A stretch of DNA of 64,000 bases from Candidatus Yanofskybacteria bacterium (GCA_016185545.1 JACPNJ010000005.1:79013-143012), one strand, 5' to 3'; positions 1 to 9,825 are shown, counted from the first letter of the stretch. The notes: generated by a model from the letters alone, not told the origin. Made by a program: numbers and translations.

Positions 1-84
1 ACAATAAGGATGCGGCACGTGGACAAATATGTATTTTTCCAGATGATTTAAGACTTTCATTGGCTTAATTGAATTTTTCTTACA

Positions 85-250
85 CTCGACCACTTCCTCA
101 ACAGCTTGGGCACAATGGAGGTTATTTTAAACCGTGCCCATAAGCATTTGCCTTCACCACAGCCATTAGTGTTGTCCCTGATGCCGAAACCCCGCGCAAA
201 ACCCTGACATTATTTTTCAACGCTTCCCTTGATATTTCCACCCAAGTATT
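85..250 (-). pseudogene. alr: Alanine racemase N-terminal remnant
   Basis: TWVEISREALKNN...LMAVVKANAYGHG (PLP-lysine motif), then TAA at 122-124. A shifted frame continues LHCAQAVEEVVE. No good start codon. Confidence 0.75.
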
Positions 251-296
251 GTTATACTGTGAATGCGCGGTTGGACACTTGAAAAAGGGAGGAAAA

Positions 297-467
297 ATGA
301 ACAAAATATGGCATTCCAAAGTATTTGAACGTGATGGGCAAGAAAGACTAACACTCTTTCTTAATCAACATGGATTGAAGCCAGACGAAGTGCAAATTGC
401 TGCGAAAAGCTTTGGTATTACAAGCATATACGTGGTCTTCTATTTTTCTGTTCATGAACTAGATTAA
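297..467 (+). CDS. Small hypothetical protein (56 aa)
   Basis: GGGAGG SD at 287-292, TTGATA/TG-TATACT promoter at 229-258, downstream hairpin plus U-tract. Confidence 0.65.
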   Translation: MNKIWHSKVFERDGQERLTLFLNQHGLKPDEVQIAAKSFGITSIYVVFYFSVHELD

Positions 468-510
468 TAATGTAGCAAGAGAATTGGCAAAAGGTTGTCC
501 TTTGAGACAG

Positions 511-534
511 ACCTAGCACAAGCTAGGTTTTTTT
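511..534 (+). terminator. Intrinsic terminator
   Basis: acctagc-acaa-gctaggt followed by a T-run. Confidence 0.7.
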
Positions 535-556
535 ATTTAAAAACATTGGGGCGTGA

Positions 557-644
557 AGCTCTCTCAAAAATTAGACAAGCAGAAACGCAGTGTCTTCATC
601 GTCCCAAGGAAGATGCTGCGACGAAGCCTAATTTTTAAGAGAGC
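557..644. repeat. Palindromic element overlapping the serS 3' end
   Basis: Arms gctctctcaaaaattag / ctaatttttaagagagc around an inner hairpin. Confidence 0.7.
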
Positions 645-1893
645 GAGCAGAGATTTCTTTGACCCCTCCCATCCACTTCCTCAACACCTTAGGCACGACA
701 ACCGTGCCTTTTTTTGTTTGATAATTTTCAACGATATTGGCAAGTATGCGCGGAGTGGCAAGGGCAGTGTTGTTGAGTGAATGGGCAAAGTGCATTTTTC
801 CACTAGTATCGCGATATCTGATATTCAATCGGCGAGTCTGGAAGTCATGAAAATAAGAGGCCGAGTGAGTCTCGCGATAGCGCTCCTGCGACGGCATCCA
901 GGTTTCAATGTCATATTTTTTGACCTGCCCCAAGCCGAGATCACCGGCACAATTTACTACTACGCGATACGGCAATTTTAACGCTTGGACTATCTCTTCA
1001 GAATTGCGTGTTATTTCCTCATGCCATTTGACCGATTCTTCGTGGTCTGCTTTGCAAAGTATCACCTGCTCTAGTTTATAAAACTCATGCACACGCATAA
1101 TCCCCTTAGTATCTTTACCGTAGGAACCAGCTTCGGAACGGTAGCATGGCGAGAAAGCAATATATTTTTTGGGCAGGTCTTTTTCCTGCAAAATCTCATC
1201 GGCATGATAACCCATTACTGAGATTTCCGACGTACCGACTAAAAATTCATCATCCCCTATTTTATACATTTCGTCACGGCCTTGCGGCAACCAGCCGGTA
1301 CCGACAAAATTAGACTCGCGGGCAATGGTGGGGGCAATCAAGGGTTTATAACCCTTTTTGACGAATTTTTCTAAAACAAAATTCCACAAGGCATGGCTTA
1401 GTAAGACAGCTCCGTTCTTTAGAAAATAACCGCGAAAACCGGAAACTTTAGCTCCGCGTTCAAGGTCAAGCATATCAAGGGTTTCCATCAACGCAATATT
1501 GTCTTTGACGGGAAAATTAAATTTGGGAATCTTGCCCCATTTTCTTATCTCAACATTATCAGTATCGGTTTTGCCCTCAGGCACAGACGAGTCTGGCACT
1601 TGCGGCACCCACAGCATCAGTTCATTAAATTCTTGCTCCACGCGCCCCATTTCTTCCTCAAGCACTTTAATTTCCTCTTTTAGTTTTTTAAGTTCCTCCA
1701 ATTCGGCGGGCGCCTTCGGTCCTCCACGCGAACCGGCATTTTGTTTAGCTCTCGTGTTCTCAAGTTCCTGCAACACATGCCTTCGCCGCTCATCTACCGC
1801 CAGTAATTGGTCCACATCAAACTTAACTCCCTTCTTGCGAGCCGCCTCTTTGATTAAATTCGGATTTTCGCGAATGAATTTTATATCAAGCAT
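628..1893 (-). CDS. serS: Serine--tRNA ligase
   Basis: MLDIKFIREN start, GTSE, YRSEAGSYGKDTKGIMRVHEF class II motifs. Confidence 0.98.
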   Translation of the reverse strand: MLDIKFIRENPNLIKEAARKKGVKFDVDQLLAVDERRRHVLQELENTRAKQNAGSRGGPKAPAELEELKKLKEEIKVLEEEMGRVEQEFNELMLWVPQVPDSSVPEGKTDTDNVEIRKWGKIPKFNFPVKDNIALMETLDMLDLERGAKVSGFRGYFLKNGAVLLSHALWNFVLEKFVKKGYKPLIAPTIARESNFVGTGWLPQGRDEMYKIGDDEFLVGTSEISVMGYHADEILQEKDLPKKYIAFSPCYRSEAGSYGKDTKGIMRVHEFYKLEQVILCKADHEESVKWHEEITRNSEEIVQALKLPYRVVVNCAGDLGLGQVKKYDIETWMPSQERYRETHSASYFHDFQTRRLNIRYRDTSGKMHFAHSLNNTALATPRILANIVENYQTKKGTVVVPKVLRKWMGGVKEISARSLKN

Positions 1894-1934
1894 GTTGCTA
1901 CTAAATTACGAAAATGATGCGAAGCGTTAAGCGA

Positions 1935-2087
1935 GGATTAGCGTACCCTTTGGGGCCGCTGGGGTTGCCGCCAGCATGGTTTTGTCAATGATTGAGCGAT
2001 AGCGAATATCTTGACAAATGGCGGCAATCACAACGGATGAAAAAATCTCGCTGGGATTTTTGAAGTCCCCAAGGGGTATGCTAATCC
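1935..2087. repeat. MITE/ERIC-like long hairpin at the lysS stop
   Basis: 21-bp terminal inverted repeats (2 mismatches) ggattagcgtaccctttgggg / ccccaaggggtatgctaatcc, with an internal inverted repeat. Confidence 0.75.
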
Positions 2088-3571
2088 GAGCGTGGTTTCA
2101 TGAGTGGAAACAAAATAACCTCCCTGACCGAATGCGAATCAGTGAGTAATACCACCAGCCGGTCTATGCCAATGCCGACACCGGCGGCTGGCGGCATACC
2201 GTATTCAAGAGCTTCTATATAATCTTCGTCCAGCCGCTGGGCTTCTTCATTTCCTTTTTTAGCAACTTTTTCCTGCGCCTCAAAACGCTGACGCTGATCA
2301 GTAGGGTCGTTAAGTTCCGAAAAAGCATTTACTACTTCCATGCCGCCAACAACAAGCTGGAAGCGTGCCACATGATTGGGGTCATCATCCAGTTTTTTGG
2401 CAAGTGGCGAAATTTCAAGCGGGTGGTTAATTACAAAAGTCGGCTGTATGATATTGGGTCTGGCAACTTTTTTATATATCTCGTCGCCGAGATTGCCTTT
2501 GTTCATGCTTTTTTCAATTTTAATATCCAGCTCCTTGGCTTTTTCTTTCAAATCATTCTCGTCCGATTTGTCATAATCAAGCCCGGAATATTTTTTAAAC
2601 AAGTCGTTAAATGTAACTCTCGGGTATGGCCCGACAAAATGAATTTCTTTGCCTTGGTGCTCAATTTTGGCAGTCCCAAACTTCTTTTCCACTATATGTT
2701 TTAACATTGACTCCACAAATTCCATGGCTTTCTCATAATCCCAATAGGCCGCGTAAAATTCCAGCATCGTGAACTCCGGGTTATGTTCCCTATCCATGCC
2801 CTCATTACGGAAATTGCGCCCGATTTCAAAGACTTTCTCAAATCCCCCGACTAATAGCCGCTTAAGATAAAGCTCCGGCGCTATGCGTAAATAAAGCGGG
2901 AGGTCAAGCGTGTTGAGATGCGTTTTAAACGGCTTGGCATTGGCGCCACCATATAATGTTTGTAAAATCGGCGTCTCCACTTCAAGAAAATCGTTGCTTA
3001 TCAAGTATTGGCGCAAATGTTCAATTATATTGCTTCTCGCTTCAAACTTGGTCTTAACTTCCTGGTTAAAAATCAAATCCAAATAACGCTTGCGGTAACG
3101 TTCCTCAACGTCTTGCAAACCGTGCCATTTTTCCGGCAATGGCAATAATGATTTAGTGAGTAGTGAGTAGTGAGTAGTGAGTAGAGTTCTTTCGTCTTGT
3201 TTGGTTTTAAAAAGCGTGCCGCCGACTTCAATAAAATCCCCGATGTCAACGGTTTTTATAAAAAACTCGTATTCCTTGCCACCCAACACATCTTTTTTGA
3301 AAAATAGCTGGATTTGAACTGGAACACTCGTGGTGAGCGAAATCGAACCATCTTGCAAATCAAAAAATGCCAAGCCACCATGTTCGCGTTTTGCCATTAC
3401 CCGTCCGGCTAATATAATTTCCATCTCTTTGGCCGCCAGATTATCAAAATCGGCCAGTGCTTCGGCAATCTTATGGGTACGCGAAGACCGCGCCGGATAC
3501 GCATCTATGCCGGCTTTTTGGAGTTTTTCTAATTTTTCCAGCCGTGCTTGGCGAAGATCGTTTAAAGCCAT
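2081..3571 (-). CDS. lysS: Lysine--tRNA ligase (class II)
   Basis: YRKRYLDL, LRIAPELYLKRL, FRNEG, HNPEFT, YGMPP, GIGIDRL. Confidence 0.98.
   Translation of the reverse strand: MALNDLRQARLEKLEKLQKAGIDAYPARSSRTHKIAEALADFDNLAAKEMEIILAGRVMAKREHGGLAFFDLQDGSISLTTSVPVQIQLFFKKDVLGGKEYEFFIKTVDIGDFIEVGGTLFKTKQDERTLLTTHYSLLTKSLLPLPEKWHGLQDVEERYRKRYLDLIFNQEVKTKFEARSNIIEHLRQYLISNDFLEVETPILQTLYGGANAKPFKTHLNTLDLPLYLRIAPELYLKRLLVGGFEKVFEIGRNFRNEGMDREHNPEFTMLEFYAAYWDYEKAMEFVESMLKHIVEKKFGTAKIEHQGKEIHFVGPYPRVTFNDLFKKYSGLDYDKSDENDLKEKAKELDIKIEKSMNKGNLGDEIYKKVARPNIIQPTFVINHPLEISPLAKKLDDDPNHVARFQLVVGGMEVVNAFSELNDPTDQRQRFEAQEKVAKKGNEEAQRLDEDYIEALEYGMPPAAGVGIGIDRLVVLLTDSHSVREVILFPLMKPRSD
3154..3184. repeat. Heptamer array (TAGTGAG)x4 within lysS
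   Basis: Direct reading of the sequence. Confidence 0.9.
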
Positions 3572-3642
3572 ACCCCGTAGTAGAAATTCGAGTATTAATA
3601 ATTAACTGCTCCGCAGTGTCTCGAATTTTCACTACGGGGCAT
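3570..3642. repeat. CCCCGTAG...CTACGGGG palindrome at the lysS start
   Basis: ccccgtagtagaaattcga / tcgaattttcactacgggg, with a minus-strand ATG at each end. Confidence 0.8.
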
Positions 3643-3694
3643 ATCTAAAAGTATATCAAATTAAATAAAATTAAAAAGCCCTTGCGGGGCTCAT

Positions 3695-4246
3695 TTACGC
3701 CGGATTCGGTCTGCCGTGAACAGCAAGATTTTTGCCGTTGTATCTTGGGTCATTGGTGACCTCTTTGACTATCAATGGCTTGAGCCAAAGAGGAAAATCT
3801 TGTTCGCTGAATTGTTTTGCAATTTCCTCGCTTTTAAACTCTATTTCAGCGAGCACTAATCCTTTAAGATCGCCCGGCCCTTTTAGCCGTTTTATTTCTA
3901 ATTCCTTGCCAATTTGTAATAGAATCTTCCAGTATTCTTCAAGAATGTGAGATGAATTAAAAAGTTCAAAATAATAATTAAAGAACGTTTCGTTAATTAA
4001 TAGTTTTGGTGTCTCTTGCCTTGTTAAACCTCGGCCTATCTTCATTACAGCTGTAAATTTAATACGTTCCAAGAGATCTTGCCGTCTCCTAATACGAACT
4101 TCCAGTTCAGGATCAGCCAAAATGTAAACGGTTGATATATCGGCCCAATCATCATACGATATCTTTAAAGTAGTAAAATCCGGCAAACTGCTTAAAAGCC
4201 ATCTTCTTTCTATCTCTAAATACTTGCTCTGTTTAGATTTAGACAA
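3695..4246 (-). CDS. CYTH-domain (triphosphate tunnel) protein
   Basis: EIERRWL, VRIRR, LVLAEIEF, EVTNDPRY motifs; GGGGAGG SD before a TTG start. Confidence 0.85.
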   Translation of the reverse strand: MSKSKQSKYLEIERRWLLSSLPDFTTLKISYDDWADISTVYILADPELEVRIRRRQDLLERIKFTAVMKIGRGLTRQETPKLLINETFFNYYFELFNSSHILEEYWKILLQIGKELEIKRLKGPGDLKGLVLAEIEFKSEEIAKQFSEQDFPLWLKPLIVKEVTNDPRYNGKNLAVHGRPNPA

Positions 4247-4319
4247 TGTTTTTCCTCCCCGATTATTAAAAAACTACCCACATATTGCGGCTGATAATTT
4301 TTACGGTTAATCCAATCAG

Positions 4320-4781
4320 CTAACTAACCTCAAGAATTTTATACCTGACCGCGCCGCCGGGTGTTTTGACTTCCACTTCTTCGTTTTTTTTGCGCTCTAA
4401 AAACGCAGTACCCAGCGGTGACTCATTGGAAATAAAGCCGTGGGCGGGATTGGATTCCGCCGCGCCAACAATTGTGAATTTCTGTTCGCCATGTCGGTCA
4501 GATTTTACCTTGACGGTTGAGCCAACCACGACAGTTTCTAATTTTTGATGCGGCCCTATCAGCACGGCACTTTTAATCATCTCCTCAAGCTCAACTACGC
4601 GACCCTCATTAAAGCTTTGCATTTCTTTGGCCTCAATGTACTCCGCATTTTCTGAAAGATCACCTAATTCTTTGGCAGCCAAAATTTTCCGAGTTACTTC
4701 GGCCCTAACTTCTCCTCTGCGCTCTTCCAGCTCTTTCTTTAATTTTTCCAGCCCTTCAGGACTGAAATATTGCTGTGTCAT
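4320..4781 (-). CDS. greA: Transcription elongation factor GreA
   Basis: GDLSENAEY, ISNESPLG; start taken at MTQQYFS. Confidence 0.97.
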   Translation of the reverse strand: MTQQYFSPEGLEKLKKELEERRGEVRAEVTRKILAAKELGDLSENAEYIEAKEMQSFNEGRVVELEEMIKSAVLIGPHQKLETVVVGSTVKVKSDRHGEQKFTIVGAAESNPAHGFISNESPLGTAFLERKKNEEVEVKTPGGAVRYKILEVS

Positions 4782-4860
4782 TTTATTAAACAACCCCTGG
4801 CATTCCATGACTAGGATCGGCTAGCGTAATTTTTGATTATAACACAAATGAAATCACGTA

Positions 4861-6774
4861 TTATTCAGTCTGTGGATAACGAGAATGGTTAAAGTACCAC
4901 AATAGAAAATCATTTGCAACTCTTATGGCCAACCCCTGGCTTTGGTTGATATTTTCAACTAACACCGTTATTACGATTTCCGGGTCGTCATATGGCCCGA
5001 ATACCGTAAACAATGAGTTTAGTCCGCGACCGGAAACTTGTGCCGTGCCGGTTTTAGCCGCCAAAGCAACCGGCACATCCTGAAGCAATGTTGCCGTACC
5101 CGATAAAACAGCCTGCCGCATTCCCTGCCGTACAACATTTAAAACATCTTGCTCAAAGGGCATTTGACCTAAAACTTGGCTATTAAAACCTGCAATTACG
5201 CTACCATCCTGGTTTTTGATTTCTCTTACAATGCGGGGTTTCATTAAATTACCGCCGTTAGCAATGGCCCCAATATATGTATTTATCCAAATGGGTGTTA
5301 CAACTAAATCGCCTTGCCCAATAGAAATGTTATAAGTATCGCCGACATACCACGGCTCACCTTTGGTTTCTCTCTTCCACTCTTTAGATGGCACTAAACC
5401 AACTGTTTCGCCTGGTAAATCAATACCGGTAATCTTATCGGCTCCTGCGCTCTTGAGATATGCCGCAATCCTATCAATTCCAAGGCCCTCTTTAATACTA
5501 CCATGACCACCGCCCAACGAATAAAAGTAAACATCCACTGAATCGGCGATTGCCTTCTTAATATCCGACCAGCCATGCACCTTCCAATCACGAAAAGTAT
5601 AATAGACATTCGGATCAACTTCACTTTGCACGTTTATGCTGCCCCCAGCATATAATATCGTTGAAGGCGTAACTACCCTCTCTTTTAATCCAGCTAAAGC
5701 CAGAAATGGTTTAATTGTAGAGCCAGGGCTATAGCGACCGGACACTGCCCTGTTTAAAAGCGGCTTATTAGAATCATTTAAAATTCGTGATATTCTAGAA
5801 ATATTGTCGGATAAATACGCACTCTCAAAAATATTATTATCAAAAGTCGGCATGCTTACCAGTCCAAGAACGATACCGGTTTTTGGGTTCTGGATCACGG
5901 CAGTGCCACGCCCTATCCCGCCTGACGTAAAAACAGAGCTTATAGATTTGTACAACTGATTTTGTATGGAAGAATCTATATTTAAAAACAGATTATTACC
6001 TGCTTCTGCGTTCTCTAGACCTTTTTTATCAAAAATTGTACTGTCATTATTTAAAAAATCAAAACTTCTATGTTCACCCCGCAAAAATCTCTCATACTGA
6101 GCTTCTAGGCCTAGCCTTCCGACACGATCATTAATCATGAAATAACCGTCGTTTTTAAGTTCATCCGGTGTTACTTTGGCGGTATATCCCAAAATATGGG
6201 CCGCAGCCGGTCCGTCAGGATAAAATCGTTTAACATTGGCCACAGTAAACAATCCGGGCAAAGACATAGTTTCTATTTTTACCATTTCGTCTTTGGTAAG
6301 ATTGTTTTTAACAAGAAAAACCGCTTGATCCTGATTGTCATTGAAAATTTTTGTCAGATATTGGCTATTTTGATTGATTATCGGCGAAAGTCGGCTAATC
6401 ATATCCGTCAATTTGTCATCGGATTCAGGTAAAAACGTATGAACCGCCATTAAATCAAAAACTGGTAAATTCTCAGCCAATAGCTTGCCTCGTGAATCGT
6501 ATATTAAGCCGCGTAGGGGCGATAACTGATAGCGCAAAGAATTACTTTGCTCGGCTAAAATGGTAAAACGTTTACCGTTTACAATTTGCAATTGAAACGA
6601 CTCGAAAATAAAAAAAACAAAAACTACAGCCGCTACAACATAAAAAACATTAAAAACACTGCGGCTGATGGGTGTTTCCATTGTGGGATGAATACTCAAA
6701 GCATCAGCCAGAGTTTCTTCCGGTTTTAATTCATCCTGCTCAAAACGGGTTATTTTGTATTTGTCTAAGTTCAT
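4861..6774 (-). CDS. mrdA: Penicillin-binding protein 2
   Basis: RGLIYD, PGSTIK (SxxK), SVD, KTGT; located in the mre cluster. Confidence 0.93.
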   Translation of the reverse strand: MNLDKYKITRFEQDELKPEETLADALSIHPTMETPISRSVFNVFYVVAAVVFVFFIFESFQLQIVNGKRFTILAEQSNSLRYQLSPLRGLIYDSRGKLLAENLPVFDLMAVHTFLPESDDKLTDMISRLSPIINQNSQYLTKIFNDNQDQAVFLVKNNLTKDEMVKIETMSLPGLFTVANVKRFYPDGPAAAHILGYTAKVTPDELKNDGYFMINDRVGRLGLEAQYERFLRGEHRSFDFLNNDSTIFDKKGLENAEAGNNLFLNIDSSIQNQLYKSISSVFTSGGIGRGTAVIQNPKTGIVLGLVSMPTFDNNIFESAYLSDNISRISRILNDSNKPLLNRAVSGRYSPGSTIKPFLALAGLKERVVTPSTILYAGGSINVQSEVDPNVYYTFRDWKVHGWSDIKKAIADSVDVYFYSLGGGHGSIKEGLGIDRIAAYLKSAGADKITGIDLPGETVGLVPSKEWKRETKGEPWYVGDTYNISIGQGDLVVTPIWINTYIGAIANGGNLMKPRIVREIKNQDGSVIAGFNSQVLGQMPFEQDVLNVVRQGMRQAVLSGTATLLQDVPVALAAKTGTAQVSGRGLNSLFTVFGPYDDPEIVITVLVENINQSQGLAIRVANDFLLWYFNHSRYPQTE

Positions 6775-6784
6775 TTTGCTCGTA

Positions 6785-7255
6785 TTATAATGAAGTCCCC
6801 ACGGAATTACGCCCATTACTGCGTATTAAAAAAAGGGTGGCGAAAATTACAATCGTCTCCAAAATTATAATTAATACCTGCGACAACAATATGCTCGACT
6901 CCGATCTTATGGATAGTATTATAAAATAGGTAAAAATAAAAATAATGGCATAAATTTCAAGAAAAAAAAGAAAACGTGGATTGACATTAAAACGTGTTTT
7001 GAAGAGGACAATAGCAAGCGTGACGGCCAAAATAGCAAAAGTCATAAAGCCAAAGCGGTAGCCGGAAAAAAAGTCAAAGATTAAAGCAGCAGCTGCGATA
7101 TGCAGCAAATCGTGGGCATCACTCTTACTGGTCAGCATGAAAAAAATAACAAAAACAGGAAAAATAAAAAGCGGCCAAGAAGTCAGGGTGGGTAAAACCC
7201 GCTCCAGTAGAAAAATCACGGCCGATCCTATTATGAAAAATTGTGTTCTGGACAT
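6785..7255 (-). CDS. mreD: MreD-like membrane protein
   Basis: Hydrophobic, DFFSG..FG motif, positioned between mreC and mrdA. Confidence 0.7.
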   Translation of the reverse strand: MSRTQFFIIGSAVIFLLERVLPTLTSWPLFIFPVFVIFFMLTSKSDAHDLLHIAAAALIFDFFSGYRFGFMTFAILAVTLAIVLFKTRFNVNPRFLFFLEIYAIIFIFTYFIILSIRSESSILLSQVLIIILETIVIFATLFLIRSNGRNSVGTSL

Positions 7256-7382
7256 GTTTATATGAGTCGTGGTATAATTTTCGTATGGTTATTTAATAAT
7301 TAAAATCGAGGGTAAAAATGAACGACACTGCTACTTTCACGAACCTAAACTTGCGGGGCTTTTCTATTTTTATAAACAGGCT

Positions 7383-7606
7383 GGGGCAAGTGGTTACCAA
7401 TTTTTATCTGTTGGCTTGAGCAGTAACAAATAAATGTTGATTTTTGAAGTTTTTCGCTGATAAAGAAAATTGGGACGGAGCGGAGCCCCGAGCGTAGCGA
7501 GGGGCGTAGCGTAAGGGGTACGATTTTTTTATCTAGAAAAACGAGAAAATCAACATATTATTTGTACTGCGAGGACACCTGATAAAAATTGGAAACCACT
7601 TGCCTC
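7383..7606. repeat. Long imperfect palindrome at the mreC stop; contains 143-bp repeat copy 1 (7450-7592)
   Basis: Arms ggcaagtggttaccaatttttatc / gataaaaattggaaaccacttgcc. Confidence 0.85.
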
Positions 7607-8438
7607 ATTTTAATATCACAAACAAACTGGAACCGAGGGAGGGGTCGAAGATGGGTTTAGCGGAAACGTTTTTGAAAAGGGTACTGGATGAGGATTCAAC
7701 CTTGATGATTTTGGCAACGAGCAGGGCCTCCGGCAAACCGTCAAGACCACTGGTAACAATTGTTTCGCCCTCTCTAATTTCATCGCTATTAGCCACAAGG
7801 TTAAGCACCAGATTATTTTGTAATTCGCCTTTTGTTTCAACCAGTGTTCGCGATTCCTGGACTTGTCCAGCATCAGTTTGGGACGGCTCAAACTGATGCT
7901 GGACAAGTCCGCTAATTTTAATACGTGGATCATCAATGAGCAAAATCAAAGCCGAATCATCAAAAACCTGCTCCGTGATGCCAACCAAAATATTGCCTGT
8001 CGCTATAACTGGCATCTTTTTTTCAATGCCGTTCTTTACGCCTTTGTTAATTAATGCCGTTGAGGACAAAGCGCTTCTTTGTATATTAAAAATCCGCGCC
8101 AATAATAACGGCGAATCCAGCCGTTTCGCTACCCCTAGTTCTTCTCTCAAAAAATTATTTTCGCGTTTTAAACTTTCAAGTTCCGCTAATTGCCCGCGTA
8201 AAATATTATTCTCCTTATAAAATCTGGCATTATCATCAATAATCATTTTGGTTTTTAAATATCCGGAAGAATACCTTGAAAAATTTAGCAGATTGTCCGT
8301 CAAAAAAATACCAGGTTTTTCTGTAATTTTATAGACAAAATTCTGCAGAAAATTATCCGTTAAATAATTATTAAAAAAAACAACCCCAGCGACAATTAAA
8401 ATGACGGCCAGATAGTTTTTATAAAAATTACGAGTCAC
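7605..8438 (-). CDS. mreC: Rod shape-determining protein MreC
   Basis: Coiled coil ENNFLRE, INKG..G, VTSGLDGLP; follows mreB. Confidence 0.92.
   Translation of the reverse strand: MTRNFYKNYLAVILIVAGVVFFNNYLTDNFLQNFVYKITEKPGIFLTDNLLNFSRYSSGYLKTKMIIDDNARFYKENNILRGQLAELESLKRENNFLREELGVAKRLDSPLLLARIFNIQRSALSSTALINKGVKNGIEKKMPVIATGNILVGITEQVFDDSALILLIDDPRIKISGLVQHQFEPSQTDAGQVQESRTLVETKGELQNNLVLNLVANSDEIREGETIVTSGLDGLPEALLVAKIIKVESSSSTLFKNVSAKPIFDPSLGSSLFVILK
7859..7910. repeat. Perfect 22-bp-arm palindrome in-frame within mreC
   Basis: ggacttgtccagcatcagtttg-N8-caaactgatgctggacaagtcc. Confidence 0.9.
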
Positions 8439-8473
8439 AATTAGAGATTAGTGATTAGCAGTTGGCAATTTCG

Positions 8474-9523
8474 TCAGATATAGGCTTCTTTGGCCGTCCA
8501 TGCCAAAACATCTTTGAGTGAATCAAGATGTTCCAGAACCATGCCACAACCGCGCACAACTGCCGTCATTGGATCATCTACAATTTTTACCGGGAGTTTG
8601 GATTCGTGGCTGATTAACTCATCAAATCCGCGCAGTAAACTGCCGCCGCCGGCAAGAAAAATGCTACGATTCAGTAAATCAGCAATAAGTTCGGGCGGTG
8701 TCTCCTCAATTGTGCTTTTTATGGCTAAAACGATGCTTCTTATAGAACGATGCATTGCTTTACGCACTTCTTCCGAAGTTATAGTCAACTCCTTAGGCAA
8801 TCCCGTAAGAAGATCGCGGCCACGTACCTGAATTGTCAATTCTTCTTCAAGCGGATAGGCGGAACCGATTGCTAATTTGATATTTTCCGCAGTAGCATCG
8901 CCAATGAGTATATTATGCTCCTCTCTCATAAATTGGCTGATATCGCTGGTTAATTTATCACCGGCAATTCTTAAAGAACGTGAAGCAACAACGCCACCCA
9001 TAGAGATAACCGCAACATCAGTCGTACCCCCGCCGATATCAACAATCAGATTAGCCGCGGCATCCTGAACAGGTAATCTGGCGCCTATCGCCGCCGCCAT
9101 TGGTTCTTCAATTAGAAAAACCTTGCGCGCTCCGGCATTATAAGCTGCATCCTCCACCGCTCTTTTTTCCACTTCGGTAACACTTGCTGGCACGCCTATT
9201 ACCACGCGCGGACGCGGCATCAAAGAAAATGACTTTTCCTGTGCTCTGTCTATAAAGTATTTGAGCATCTGTTCTGTTACTTCAAAATCGGAAACTACAC
9301 CGGCTATCAGCGGTTTTGAAACCATTATGTAGCCGGGTGTGCGGCCAACCATTTTGCGGGCATCTTGGCCAATGGCAAGAATTTGTCCGGTTTTTTGATT
9401 TATCGCGACAATTGACGGCTCATTTATGATAATCCCCTTGCCGCGAATATAAACCAGGGTATTGGCAGTACCCAAATCAATGCCGATATCCTTTGACCAA
9501 AAATTAAAAAATCGTTTTAACAT
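8474..9523 (-). CDS. mreB: Rod shape-determining protein MreB
   Basis: IDLGTANT, EEPMAAAIG, VDIGGGTT. Confidence 0.98.
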   Translation of the reverse strand: MLKRFFNFWSKDIGIDLGTANTLVYIRGKGIIINEPSIVAINQKTGQILAIGQDARKMVGRTPGYIMVSKPLIAGVVSDFEVTEQMLKYFIDRAQEKSFSLMPRPRVVIGVPASVTEVEKRAVEDAAYNAGARKVFLIEEPMAAAIGARLPVQDAAANLIVDIGGGTTDVAVISMGGVVASRSLRIAGDKLTSDISQFMREEHNILIGDATAENIKLAIGSAYPLEEELTIQVRGRDLLTGLPKELTITSEEVRKAMHRSIRSIVLAIKSTIEETPPELIADLLNRSIFLAGGGSLLRGFDELISHESKLPVKIVDDPMTAVVRGCGMVLEHLDSLKDVLAWTAKEAYI

Positions 9524-9582
9524 GGCAACAGTTTAACATAACAAAATTATTATTAATAATCAAAAATTACAGCTCGCCATTA

Positions 9583-9725
9583 CCAATTTTTATCAGGTGT
9601 CCTCGCAGTACAAATAATATGTTGATTTTCTCGTTTTTCTAGATAAAAAAATCGTACCCCTTACGCTACGCCCCTCGCTACGCTCGGGGCTCCGCTCCGT
9701 CCCAATTTTCTTTATCAGCGAAAAA
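9583..9725. repeat. 143-bp repeat copy 2, inverted relative to 7450-7592
   Basis: Reverse-complement match; no differences seen by eye. Confidence 0.92.
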
Positions 9726-9825
9726 GCCAATTGATAAAAATTGATAATGGCTCACTCTCATATTTTTACGGGAATATGAAGTCCCAAAAGACACTATGGT
9801 TCGGCTTACCTTAAAATTTTGTGAC

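Noticed and set aside
4826-9571. Partial atcaaaaattac matches at 4826-4837 and 9559-9571 as TIR-element ends
   Set aside because: Only 12-13 AT-rich bases, similar to the heptamer background; not counted as element ends.
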